Source: Tubulanus polymorphus (lineage: Eukaryota; Animalia; Nemertea). Taken from it: 64,000 nt of DNA. Made by a program: the position numbers and the translations under genes. Shown piece after piece: positions 36,807-49,814 of this stretch. The stretch covers positions 23,470,150 to 23,534,149 of the forward strand of contig NC_134026.1 of the NCBI RefSeq assembly GCF_964204645.1, given 5' to 3'. Every line of letters starts with the position of its first letter. The stretch's first letter is position 1. The notes under the pieces were generated by a model. That model was not told the DNA's origin. It made no database searches and was given only the letters and a program-made list of their open reading frames with translations.

Positions 36807-39800
36807 ATGACACGCGGGCGTTCAGGCACGAAAACCATGATTGTCGATGATATGGGAGATGGAATAGACTCTGTGTCGTATTCTTCAAGAACAGATGAGA
36901 CGACTCCACTTATACAGTTGTCGGGAGTGAAACTTCAAGAACCTACCGATAGGTATTTATTTAAATGATATGATATGTCGCCTAATAATGACAAGCACAA
37001 AACCTAGAAGTGTATTTGTTTATTATAGGGTCTCTTAATGATCAAACGTTGAATCATTCTACTCTCAAACAATTTGGGGTCACGATTTTCCATTTTATAT
37101 GCAATGTATTTACATCATGGAATCTTCTCAATTAGAAGTTGTACCACTTACGTTTTGGTCAGATGCAAAAAGTAGTAAAAAGATCTATTTTTCAAATCCG
37201 TTTTGAAGTCTTTGTGAAGTATTCCACGATGTTTTACTTTGGGAAATTGGATCTGGATATTGAAGTCATACCTTTTTACTTTGAGTTCCCATGAACAAAT
37301 GCTGCTATTACATTAGAGAAAGTGGTGATTTATCATAATAACCCGTCACAGAAGAAAAACCATGAAGTGATCACGATTTGAAAAGTCTACAACTTGATAA
37401 CTTGAAAATTGATAACTTTTTATTCTATTTGTAGATACAACTTGGTTTTCATTACGTTCATCATACAAGGGGTGGGACTGACGCTACCATGGAACCTATT
37501 CATGACAGCTAAAGATGTAAGCATTCTCATAACATCGAAAAATAAAATCTATTGCTCAGTGGGGAGGAGACGATAAGATTTTTTTTAAAATATAGATATA
37601 CAATCCGATGGAATATGAGCCAAAATACGATTGAACCAACAAGAATTTTAGATATCTGTCTTCATGACTGAATTGATATTTTTATTTCAGTATTATGTGG
37701 GTTATAAGTTGGCACCGGCTGGTAGCGCCAGTTATCGTCTGAATTTTCTTAGTTATGCTGGTATCGCTGCGATGGGTTCAAATGCCTTGCTCAACGGTGT
37801 AAATCTCTTTACGCATTGCGGAAAGTAAGACTCTTAATTATCAATTAATTATCAATGTTGCATGGTGCTGGGCTTTAGCTTACTGATGCGCGATTTTTTC
37901 GAACTTTCAGTGGCCGACCTACTGTCCGGACCATTGTAAGTCAATTAGGAATGATTATAGCCTTCGTTTTTACGATAGTCATGGCTGTATTTGATACATC
38001 TACATGTAAGTTTCATGGAGGCATCTTTTCTTTAAGAATGCCATGTCGCAATTACAGTTTCCATCGTTTTTCCTTTTTCTAAAAAAAAAATTCAATTTCA
38101 TCACCCATTATCGCATGATATCATTTTTTCAGATCCACAAGTATTTTTCTTTATTACGTTGTTTACAATAATATTCGTCAACAGTGAGTATCTCCATGAC
38201 GTCATTTATTGACCTATATTAATAGAGAAATAATCAAATATCTCAAAATTTCAGTTCCTGTTAGTTTCATCACGATACAATTTACATGATATAATCTTGG
38301 AATTATCTGAATCCGGACATTAGATTGCTTTTCCTTTTTTAGAATTATAGGACTAATTTGTAACATCATGCTATGATTTATATATTTTCAGTGTGTACTG
38401 GACTGTGGGCAAACTGTATGTTTGGAATAGCGTCTCATTTCAGTAAAAACTACGTAAATGCTGTCGTCATCGGAAGCGTAAGGATGATAGTCTAATGTTA
38501 GACTGATCAATTAGAAATGACTTCTTAGATATGAGTGTAAAAGTAACTATACTGTGGGAATGGTCTATTTTCAGAATTTAAGTGGATTGCTCACTGCTTT
38601 ATTTGTTATATTGTCGAAAGAAGGTTCGTATTTACGCAATAATATTGTCTGAATATAAAATGCGGTTGAAATTACTATTCACATGGCTTCGCTCCAATGG
38701 CCTAAACGTAGATGATATTACTTCAAAAAGTTATCGTTTCAATTAAAAAGTAATATCATCTACGTTTTGGAGCGAAGCCATGTGATCATTTTTACCCCCT
38801 GTACAAGTAGGCACACTTAAATGTAATCCTAATCCATATACCCTCTGTGTTTTTCCAGGATCAGCGGATCCAGTTATATCAGCGATCTTGTATTTTGTAT
38901 CTGCTGTGGTTATCGTTTTTATGTGTTTAATCTCATTCATTATGCTGAACAAATCGGTAATTCAACTTTCTTAAATCCTCAGATTTTCATAAACCCTACT
39001 TTTGTATAGGAATCTTTTAAAAAAAGCAACTACAACGTCGATATTGAGATGATATCCGTAATCATCTCAGCGAATGATATATTTTCAGGAATTTTATAAG
39101 AACTATTATTCCGATAAATTGATCCAAGCTGAAGATGAGTCAACGGCCGAAATGGTGCTACCATATTGGAAAGTATTCAAAATGGTGAGCAGTGTCTTGA
39201 ATGTGAGTTTCTGAATCAACGTTCGATAATAATTTTGAAATGTTGCACTATTATACAGATCTGGCCGCAATTATTTGACGTTTGGTTCCAAAGATTCGTT
39301 GCTGGAGCCGTCATTCCTGCAATGCTCGCAGATGTTGTTAAAAGCGATCCCAATTTTCTGATACCTGGTCGGTATTTCATTGACGAGTGATTAAACTAAA
39401 ATGTATCTTTTTTCACATAAGTACTATGATCTATTTTAGAATACCACTACACGGATATCATGTGTTATTTATTCACTAACTTTTGTATTTGTTTCGGAAA
39501 CTTATTCGTGTTTTTCGTTCACAAGGTAAATACAGCTGATGACATACGATTTGATATAAGTTGCTACCCAAGACGTAAGAATTACAAGAATGGAATTGTC
39601 TTGTCTTTACGCTTGTTTTGTTGTATTTCTAGCCGAGATCAGAGTATGTGGTATATTTCCAAATGGTACGAATGTTATTTGTACCATTCTTTGTATTGTG
39701 CAACTATAGACCTGAAACCAGAAGCAAAAACCTTCCAGTTTTGTTGAAAAGTGATTGGGCTTTTTTGGCGGGTGTCATTGTATTTGCCACGACGAATGGT

Positions 39801-40097
39801 CACTTCTCTGGATTGACAATGATGTACTCAAAGCAGTAAGTTAATTCTCTTGAAATTATACGCCCACTTGTATATCTTGAAAGTATGTACACATCTGTCT
39901 CTCGAATGCTGATCGATAAGAGATAAGTCGTTAATCTCCACCGATTTCCCGATTGTTTTTTTTTTCACAGGGCCGGAGGAAATGACCCAGCATCCAAACT
40001 TTTAGCTGGCATGTATACTGGATTTCTTCAAAATTTTGGACGCTGCTTTGGACTAGGAATGAATATCGTAATTGCATGGATTGTCGAAAATATCTAA
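36807..40097 (+). CDS. Equilibrative nucleoside transporter family (SLC29) protein, copy B (tandem paralogue), about 453 aa, 13 exons
   Basis: Exons 36807-36952, 37435-37516, 37691-37824, 37911-38005, 38133-38183, 38392-38477, 38575-38623, 38859-38956, 39089-39184, 39259-39367, 39440-39525, 39633-39835, 39971-40097. Exons 2-13 have the same lengths and phases as copy A. Confidence 0.9.
38679..38785. mobile_element. Foldback/MITE in ENT copy B intron 7
   Basis: tcacatggcttcgctccaa..aaacgtagatgatattactt pairs with aagtaatatcatctacgttttggagcgaagccatgtga (arms of about 38 bp, short insertion in the left arm). Absent from the copy A intron. Confidence 0.75.
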
Positions 40098-40762
40098 GAC
40101 GACTTGATAAATCAGAAAAGTTTTTCCTTTTGCTTTACGTGGTCTTCTTTGAAAGGCTTTATTCGCATCATCTCTTTGTTTGAGTTTACAAAACATATCG
40201 GTGATTTTATGCTGGTAAAACTCATAGATCCACAAGAAAAGAAAAACTTACAGGCATCTCCGCGAAGAGAAATAAGAAAGGTCAAAGTCGCACATGACAA
40301 ATTTATTAAAAATTGTTGAAGAAAGTATTCTGCATTTGTAACGACATACTATGAAATTTTGAACGAGTGTATAATATCAGCGCATATTGTATACTATGTA
40401 AAATAAAGATTGAACTGAATTTATAAATATTTTTGCTGAATGTTTATTATGGAGAACGGTATCTGTAAGTAGTTCGGTGACGACATAAATATCAACAATA
40501 AAGTGTACGTGCAAACCACAGACCACGTTACGTATTGCTAAAAATGGATGATCTGTCATTTTCAGTTCATCCAAACTTCAAGGGAGCCATGATATCTTGT
40601 AAAAAGTATGTTCATATGTTCACTTAAAAGTCAAATTAGATTTGATTCTGACCTACTTGACCCACAACTGTGGATCTGGCTTATGATAGGTAATAACAAC
40701 ATTACATTAGTTTCGATGAAGTACCCGTAAGTAATAAAACTTCAAAAGGAAAGTCACTGAAG

Positions 40763-43700
40763 TCAATAGAACATGGCTCTTTGAAATTCCTCCATCGACC
40801 CGACTACCGGCATGTTACATGCTGTTTCTCTTGATCGCTGACGAGATGTCGAATTGTTTCCTATAGTAGTTACTGACATCCGTAAGGCTGGCGTTGGTTG
40901 TCTTTGATACAATTCTGAGGAGTAATTCAACGAATTATTCGCATCATTTTGGTCTAATTGTAGATTCGATGCGCTACAACTAGAGTTCGATTTTTGTTTG
41001 ATCACTTTTTTGTATTTATACCAATAAAACTCGAATGCAAGGGCTATCAGAGCCAGCCCAATACCCATGAATATCACTAAGAAGACACCGCCAATATTTT
41101 GGATACTTATTCCATCGCTTTCATCTTCGACTGTTGGACACTCGGGCACTTTTTGAAAGTGTTTATCGATATATTCTTTGCTCCAAGCTGCCGTTTTAAG
41201 ATCCTCCAATACTCTTTGATTTAAAAGCTGTAATATTCTGCAAAATCGAATGGAAAATGAACATGAGAATAAGTATCTGGAACGAATTTGAAACTACAAT
41301 TCATGGTATCTGGTAACGTTATTCAAGTCTTTGGCCCATGAAATTAGATTCAACCGCACATATTTCTTACAATTGGAGTTTTTTTTACCGAAAAAGGAAT
41401 GGATTATCAGAAATATTTATCAAACGTATAATTTAAACAGAGTTAAGATCATATGCTCACTGTTGTGATAGATCATTTCGTAGCGCGATGTTGCCTTCTT
41501 GAACGGCAATAGCGTAAGGTTTCCGGCTGAATGATTCTCCTACTGCCCACAAACCACAGTCAATCATCGTCGCATATTTATTGGATGTTTCATCGCCTGC
41601 GAAATGGATATTTCATTTAAAAAAAACATTACTGGCGCTACGTGATTTAATCAACGTTCTCAAAAGATCGCTAGAAGTTGGCGTGCCAGAAATGATATTT
41701 GCATCTATTACAATCACACCGATAGCATCGAATTGAAATTTGCAAAGAGCATCAGAAAACTATCATTTTCCTAACCTATAAAAGCAAAACTTCCGTTTTT
41801 CACACGTCGTATAGCTTCTTCTTGATTTTTGGGAAATTTTGACAATTCCATTGCCGTCCACATGTTAGTGAATTTGTCACTGACCGGGTAATCCCAAACA
41901 GCAAGTTTAGCTCGTTCCTGGTCTGACATGCTATCGTTTAGACTCATTTCTTTCCAGATTCTATAAAATTGAAGAAATAAATATACATACACATGAACAT
42001 GTATGTCCCAAAAATACATCAGTAGGCATGTATGATACATACCCATAGAACTTCGCTTCAATATCGGCCATTCTTTTGAAGTAAACCTGGGCAGAAGTGC
42101 TTTCCTGTGGGGCATATTTCGTTTGGAACTGTTTTGCTAGATCATCCAGTGATTCTATAGGCGTTTCTAAACGTTGTACGGTCAGAAATGCCGCTAGATT
42201 AGCTGTGTACGTGGCTATCATGATAAACCCGAATAACCACCAGGTTGCAGCGATAAGTCGCCCGGATATAGCTCTCGGTACTTCACCTCCACCTAAATGA
42301 TAATGATGACGATAATGCCATATGGGATATCTAGCATGTTTAGTTGAGCATGGCAAAATAAAGAAAAAAACGTCTTGATGGATTAGGAACCATTATCGAC
42401 ATAACGAAACCCTATGCATTTGCACACGCCTATTTCTGTACCCCCTGTCTATTTCTTTTAATCTAATTACCTTGCGGAGTCAGGGAAGTCATACAAAACC
42501 ATAGACCTTCTTTGAGACTAAAAACGCGAGGTTCATCACCGTCGCCGTCCCATTTATCACGATTGTTCTGGTAACTGTACGGACTATATTTATCGAAGAC
42601 GAACAGCAATAGACTGACGAAGAAAAATGCTGATAAAACGCATAACCAGACATCGTTTTCGAGCACTGTCATAAATTTGAAAAGTCTGTACTCGAACGTC
42701 GGTTTTTGCATCAGTATAGTGATTCCAACCAGGTCGTAATATGGGATTGTAAAGTCTATAACGCTCTCTCGTTCAGCAGTCAGTGACAATGGAGCTGCTA
42801 CTATATCTGCTTTCTGTTAATAATTCAAAAAATAAAAACTTCTCTTCAGAGCACATTTCACTTAACAGTATATGTACAAATACATAATCATAGCACGAGA
42901 AATGAGGTACGCCACTAATGAATTCAGATAGCTGCAGCTGACGCCAGTCATATAATGTATATAGTTTGTTATGATTTTGATTACTTACATCGTCGAGTAA
43001 TTCTTTGATCAGCCCAGTCCAAGATCCATTGTCGAGTTGACGTCCGTATGCGCCATCACTGACTTCGTACAGATCGTATTCAAAGTCCATCATTTGTGAA
43101 AGCTTTTCAATAAGATCTTTACAGTATCCTCTATACTCTTTTCGACCATCCGCTTGACTCTTAATGTACATGAAAGGCGGTTCCTATAAATGAAGAGGGA
43201 AATTACGATACCAACGAGGATGTTAATTTGGAACTTGGCATATATATCATATATATCTAACATTTTCTCAAGGGTCAAATCGGGCCAAACGGAGGCACAC
43301 CCAGTAGTTTGTGGTCTATAATTTCATCTCGGTGACCGACCCTTCACGACTTGTTGACCCCTCCCAATTATTCACACAGCTTACATGAATAGTTGCTACT
43401 CGATATCGTTTGGTTATGTTCGTATGAATTAGAGATGGACCTGGCGTTCTCAATTCCAATCCTCGCGTGTAATTCCATCTGCCGAGCTGAAAATTCAAAA
43501 TATTTTGAACTTTACGATGAGGTCAAAACCATGTTGTGCATGGTAAGCCATGGACAACGAACAGCTGTCACTAAAAGGGAAATTAATAATTGTTAATGTA
43601 TATATACCTGATGAATTTGTCTGGTTTTATCGATGATCAGTCGATCTATCGATAAGTTGATGGTTTCGAAGTTCTCTTTTGGTGAAAACACAAATTCACC

Positions 43701-46700
43701 AAAAGAACCCGCCCGATTGTTTTGCTTAAAACGATTAAAAGAACATGTATATTCAATCTCGATGATATATCACTTGAAATGGTTTTGTAATGATTACTAT
43801 ATTGTATTTTTATCCTAGAAATTTGACGATAGAGTTGAGGGACACCAAATTCAATAATTCTAAAAAACCTGTATTTACGTTATTCAGAAATATTCATTCA
43901 AAAACGGAAAATATATATTCTTATATACATGCATTTCAGTCTCGATGTGTCGAATTAAAGCAACAAAAATGTAACTGCACCAGTCGCGTGCTGGTTCAGG
44001 CTGTGTGGAAGATTGTTTGTACGAAAGGGAACCAACATTCCAGTTATGTACTTCGATTTAGAAAATGATGTAAATTCGACCGAACATTCTACTATATTTG
44101 TACTATACATTCTACTATATTTGTACTTCGATTAAGAAAAAACCCTTGTTTCGTTATCGGTAGGTGCAGTTGGGTAAATAAGTATGAAATCAAAAAGGGA
44201 AGTTAAATTGGGTAATTACCAGGAAAGCTAAGTACATTACACCCAACTCGTTGTCATGGGCAGTCATTGATACCAAGATGGTCTTACTCATTGATTGAAG
44301 AACACACCCACCGATCCCATCGTCACCAAACTATTAATTATTCATACATTTGACAATGAAAATAATCATTAGTTCGACGCAGTGACGCAGGCTTATTATG
44401 AATGCAGCTTACAATAGAAATATGATAGGCGTGTATACATACATCGCAAACCGCTTGCTAATTTAATTCTCTTGATGACCATAAATACTTTGATATAACT
44501 GTGTTAGTTTCGAACATTTATAAGTACAGTTGAAGCTCGTTAATACGATTCTGGTTAAGACGAAGCCCGTTCATTACGATGATCCAGGCATATCCCAGCT
44601 AAGATATTTATATCAAGCAAGCTTTGGATAATACGTCAATTTCACTTTTCCCCACAAGATTCGTATTAACGAGGTTCAACTGCAGTATTCATTTTGACGA
44701 CACACGACACACGACGCACACATTTATTCCAATAACTTACTGACGTGATTTGGTATAAAATATTTGTAGTTTGCATTTCGATATTTTTGTTGAACTGGCA
44801 CGTTTCGTTATCCGTTGTTATCCACGTTCCGTTATGTGCAGTCGAACCCAGGGCATCGGACACCAACTTTAAGACATCATGCGTATAAACCAAGTCCAAT
44901 ACCTTTTTGTTAAACGTATTGAAATGGAAAATGGCGTTCATTTATAACCCTATATTCTAGGCATATTAGCAAAGTATTATAAAAAATATCAATTTCGGGT
45001 TGCGTGCCTTTGTGGGTAAACGGGAAAAATGCCACCGGAAAAGATGCCACATTTGCAAAATAGGAAAAATATAATTTTGAAAACTCAAAAAACTCATTGC
45101 AGAAAAATGTAAATATGTGTTATGTCTCTCAAATACTAGTAAGAAAATCATAAAAAATCTAGAAATGATGTGTCTACCACAGTCTTATCACGAATCTATG
45201 GAATATGTCTGAAAATAAAGCAAATATCAAATAGAAATCAAATAGAAATGATCAAATAAAAAAATCATTGGTGGCATTTTCAGACTCTCGTTTTCACCGG
45301 TGACTTTTTTCCTACAATCACCGCTGTATACATATTTCATGTTTGTTTTTTCTCACTGGAATTAAGGGCCATTGCAGGCCTATTCCATATATTATGGAAT
45401 TGTGAGTTTTGTATGACGATCAAAATAATAATAATGATAATATATACCTGACTTTGGGTCAGATTTCCCACTGTGGAATTTACGTAAGTAACTAATGGGG
45501 CAATGTGACTGTCACTTTTTGGTGTCATGGTTACAACGCTGTATTTATCGGGACATTGTACGCAGATAGTCGATGCTGATGAGAAGTCCTGCAAATGAAA
45601 TTATCAGCATAAGCGTAAATAACGCTTAAATAGCGCAGTAAAAATCACGGTGAACAAAGGATGTATGAATGCAAATTTTTGACATCGTAACATCATGATG
45701 GCATGCTCGTGAAAAATCTATATGCCCCGGGTAGTCGAGACTTTTCTACACTTCGGCACTGATTAATTGAAAATCTAAAATAAAGACCTATGATAAAATG
45801 ATTTTCACTAATATATACTTACTTTCGATAAGATAAACCAATGGAATTTGAATGTTAGCAGTCCTTGTTTTTTAACCTAAAAAACGTCGATACAAATGCA
45901 TTAGAGACTACTGGACTATCTGGATGGTTTCGATATGAACATAAAAGAATTTAACTCACAACTGTTAAAAACGTATTGGCATTTTCTGTAGCCATAGCAA
46001 GAAACAAGTGTGATAGGTCAGTGTCTTTAATTTTTTGAGCAATTATGTCGGCAGATGTATCCATAAGATATAGATGTTGCGATGGTATATTATCCATTAA
46101 CTCCGTAATTCCGTTGTCAATGGCTACAAGTTAAAACAAATTGGTGACACCATCAGATCATGGACATATATAAACTGGAGTTATTTTTGTCCACGATCAG
46201 ATCAAACATACAATGGATAAATGCGCATATGTGAAGATACATACCGAACGAAGAGTCGAAAATGAGACCGACGTCTGAAAGATTGCTGGCTTCGACAATG
46301 TCAACAACTGATCGAAGTAAAAGTCTTTCAGGAGGCACAAAATTCAGTGAATATTTCATCAGATTCGATGAATCGGGCAGCGTGCTAACGATACCGATTG
46401 TTAGTATTCCCAAAGTTTCGGCAAAGTTCTTAACAGCACTAGAAACCCCGGTTTCAGTCAGATCAACCATCATTGAATAACCAGACTTGAGTTTGTCACA
46501 TACTGCAATGTGGTGGAAGTAAATGGATCGATGAAAAGACCATTGGGAGAAAATGATAATTCAGCGACTTGATATTTCAGTCAAATTTTGCCTAAATGAC
46601 AGTTGTTTATGCCGGTATACCGTTCAGAAATAAGCCCGATTGAGAAGCAAATTTTGAATCAGAATTGATGGAATCTATATGCATGAATCTGTAGATCTTA

Positions 46701-47039
46701 TAAATATCACTTACTCTGCGAATAGCTTATTGTTGAAGCAATTGGCTGATATGTGACTATCATCCTAGATGTCGTAGGTGTAGAGTTTTGGTCGTTGATA
46801 AAGTTTACACTCTGAGAAATGTACTCCTTAATTAACGAGTTCTGCTGGGTAATCAAAACAACTGCAATGGGATGAATACAATGATATTGAAACTTGGTAG
46901 TCGGCTTATCCTTTCGTGAAAATAACCGAAGATCTCCAGAAAGCTTACGTATTTTAAAATCTACACCTCCGGCAACTGGTAAACACGTAAAGAAGAATAA
47001 AGTTCGAACGGCAACCGATAAGGAACCTATGGAATTCAT
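40763..47039 (-). CDS. IR25a: Ionotropic receptor co-receptor IR25a, about 15 coding exons
   Basis: Signal peptide exon 46949-47039 (MNSIGSLSVAVRTLFFFTCLPVAG), amino-terminal-domain exons, S1 AERESVIDFTIPYYDLVGITILM, pore LWFCMTSLTPQGGGE, M3 TYTANLAAFLTV, co-receptor extra loop IWKEMSLNDSMSDQERAKLAVWDYPVSDKF with the NDS glycosylation site, and M4 GISIQNIGGVFLVIF. Some internal exon limits are approximate. Confidence 0.93.
44527..44682. mobile_element. Tc1/mariner-pogo-like MITE in an IR25a intron
   Basis: TIRs cagttgaagctcgttaatacga / tcgtattaacgaggttcaactg (21/22). Left flank TA, right flank CA. Confidence 0.75.
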
Positions 47040-47570
47040 CGCTGGTTTCAATCGTGTTTTATATTCATCAAATCCAGAATAACCATAATGATCGAATAAC
47101 GATGAGCCTGAAAATCAAATTAGACCGATTCCATTCAGTGAGGAACGTACCCAGCGCCTACGTGAGCATATATATATATACCATACGTATATCATCTTCC
47201 AACTCAAACGAATAACGACCACTTGATGGAGACACATGTGCCTATCGAATTGATCGATTATGTATCCGAACACACGCGGAACGTTTGAAAAGAAAAGTTT
47301 AACTAACGATTATTGAATAAATTTGTGACCATGCGTACTCTTTGGAACAGGTTTTGGAGAGCTGCATTTTCATAGTAAGCATTTTGCGTCATATACCAAC
47401 TTCATTATGCTATATGAAATGTGATGGTTCAATCTATTAACTGTCCGATACTTTAGTTCTTAACGTTAACATCAGAATGCAGTTCAAGTATTAGTTAGTA
47501 TTAGTATCAGACTCGAAACAATTAGGAAATATTGCTACTTTTAGCCAATGTTGCATCATTCTACAATTGC

Positions 47571-47706
47571 TAGAGGTTGGTTTTCACGAACGCTTTCCAG
47601 CTTTTTCCTGCCACTGGCAGGGCCAGTTTTTCGGCGTTTTACGCGCGGTTTGTCGCGGCAGCAGGATAAAAAGCTGCTGGAAACCACTCGCGAAAACCAA
47701 CCTTTA
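47571..47706. mobile_element. Foldback/MITE upstream of the IR25a CDS
   Basis: aggttggttttcacga / tcgcgaaaaccaacct termini, inner tttccagc..cctgc / gcagg..gctggaaa, flanked by TA. Confidence 0.6.
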
Positions 47707-48895
47707 CGCACACCTCGTCACAGGGATAAATGAATGAAACTTTAATGGCTCCGCCATCGGTTTCTATGGATACATACAGTGAAATGCGTATGTAAACGCC
47801 ACTCACAGTCCAAATGATTTGGAAGAATTTTTTAGGATCCACTTTTTGATTTATGCCAATTACTTACGTAATTCAAATCAAATGTCCTGTAAAAGCTTTT
47901 AACAGGTACGAAGAGCAATCCAGATGGAGGTACGAAAGTGCAATAGCGCCGAGCAACATTCAATAGTATTGTAACGAGTATATAAGGAGCGACAGAGAAC
48001 TTCAAATTCATAACTAAATGTCCATAACTACAGTATGGCATGTAAACATTTTACTAATATCACTATATACGTATGTAAAGCAAGGACATATAATTTGCAA
48101 TAGATGATTTTACACTCTATTGCCTTCATAACGTGATATTTTTTCATTCTTCATGAAGTTGAAAGTGAATTAAGATAAAAGTGACAAAATGAAAATATAT
48201 GGATTCGTAAATATTCAAACGATAAAACTAAATAGTCCTTATTTCACACGTGTGTTTTCACTTTTTACTTTTGCAATTTGTATCAAGGAGAAAAATCCCC
48301 TGAAATCTATATGCAGTAATGAATATGTAACTATACCTGTCACCTCTTAGTTATACTACGACGGATGACAAACATATAGATATCGACGTCTTGATCGCAA
48401 TAGAATCATCTGTGTAATCCGATTGCAGTGCTCCAACTATCCGGTTGATATCAGATTTACGTTGATAAGTAGTGGATGCCTTCCATATCCGATGTATAGT
48501 TCGGTTTCTCTCTGTTTTCTGCGCACTGTCCGTCGTTACCGTAAATACCAAATACAGTTACATTTGACTGGAACATAAAAGCCATTAACCCGGCCTATAT
48601 AGCGATGGTGCATACAATCGATTAACCAACCACTCATTGAATAAATTACATATCATGCAAATTAATACTATATTTGTGACCAGATTTCAATTCTAAACCT
48701 GCTGTTGCCCTATGTCGGGTTTCAGGATTGAGGAATACATGTCGCCGCTCGAGTCTGAAACAGCATGATTCTATAAACACAGAAGTAGAGGCCACATACA
48801 CGTGGCGTTGTTGGAACAGCAGACCCGAGTGACCGAATCAGAGAAAATTATTTAAAATTCACCGACTGGGGCAGATTTTCAACTTGTTGATACCT

Positions 48896-49023
<128 letters not shown>

Positions 49024-49814
49024 CAAGGCCTACATGGCATTATTATTCCAAGTATGAAAAAATGAATTTAAACATATTTTGACTTAAAATTTTCTAAAGA
49101 ACCTGCGAAACAACGTTTCTCACAAACAAGCATTTACAAGGATGGACAAATTAATTTGTAGTATGTTTTAATTCAAATAGTATATGCTATTTGACAAATG
49201 ATTACTCCAAGGATTGACAAAGAAGTATCTTACGTCACTACGAGAAGCACGTGAATGTGATTTACACCAGGGCGGTGGGAGACACAACGCGATCAGTTTT
49301 CATGCGGGGTGCATCGTTAAGTTCTTTCCTCTTGCCAGCGTTATCAAGTGAGTATGTATATTACGATGTTTTTTAAGAGAACTTTATCTAATCAAACATA
49401 CATATATTCTTAGGTCTTTATTGCTTCAAAGATCGTTTTGAATATTTGTAAATATTCTTTTTGTTAAGAAGATCAACCAAGAAGGACAAGTAATTATCGG
49501 CAGTTCAGAAATATTGCACCATTATGATGCACGACCAAACAAAATCTTTTTGAATAATTCACTCTATGACTCTTTAACCAATTCAGCATACATGATAGTA
49601 TAGTCGTTAATAAAATTCATTACATGAAAAACATAAAGATTTACTGATTCTTTGAAGGTTATTTTTAGGCTATACATACATAAGTCAAACAATGAAATTC
49701 ATTTTTAAAATCCAAGGAGTCATATTCTAGTTTGATTCGTACGTCAGACTGGATATGTACAATCTATAGGTATACCTAGACATATTTTCTATTTTTAAGG
49801 AGTCAAGTCAGTTA

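Noticed and set aside
44084-44126. 20-bp direct duplication in an IR25a intron
   Set aside because: Two copies only; an ordinary local duplication and not CRISPR-like.
16034-47039. Functional cluster linking PDZ-SDS, the ENTs and IR25a
   Set aside because: Adjacency in an animal genome is weak evidence. The IR25a tail (-AMFY) is not a typical PDZ ligand and there is no sign of shared regulation.
47548-48551. Short ORFs between IR25a and the GPCR
   Set aside because: No recognisable domains or consistent splice structure, and two overlap a foldback element.
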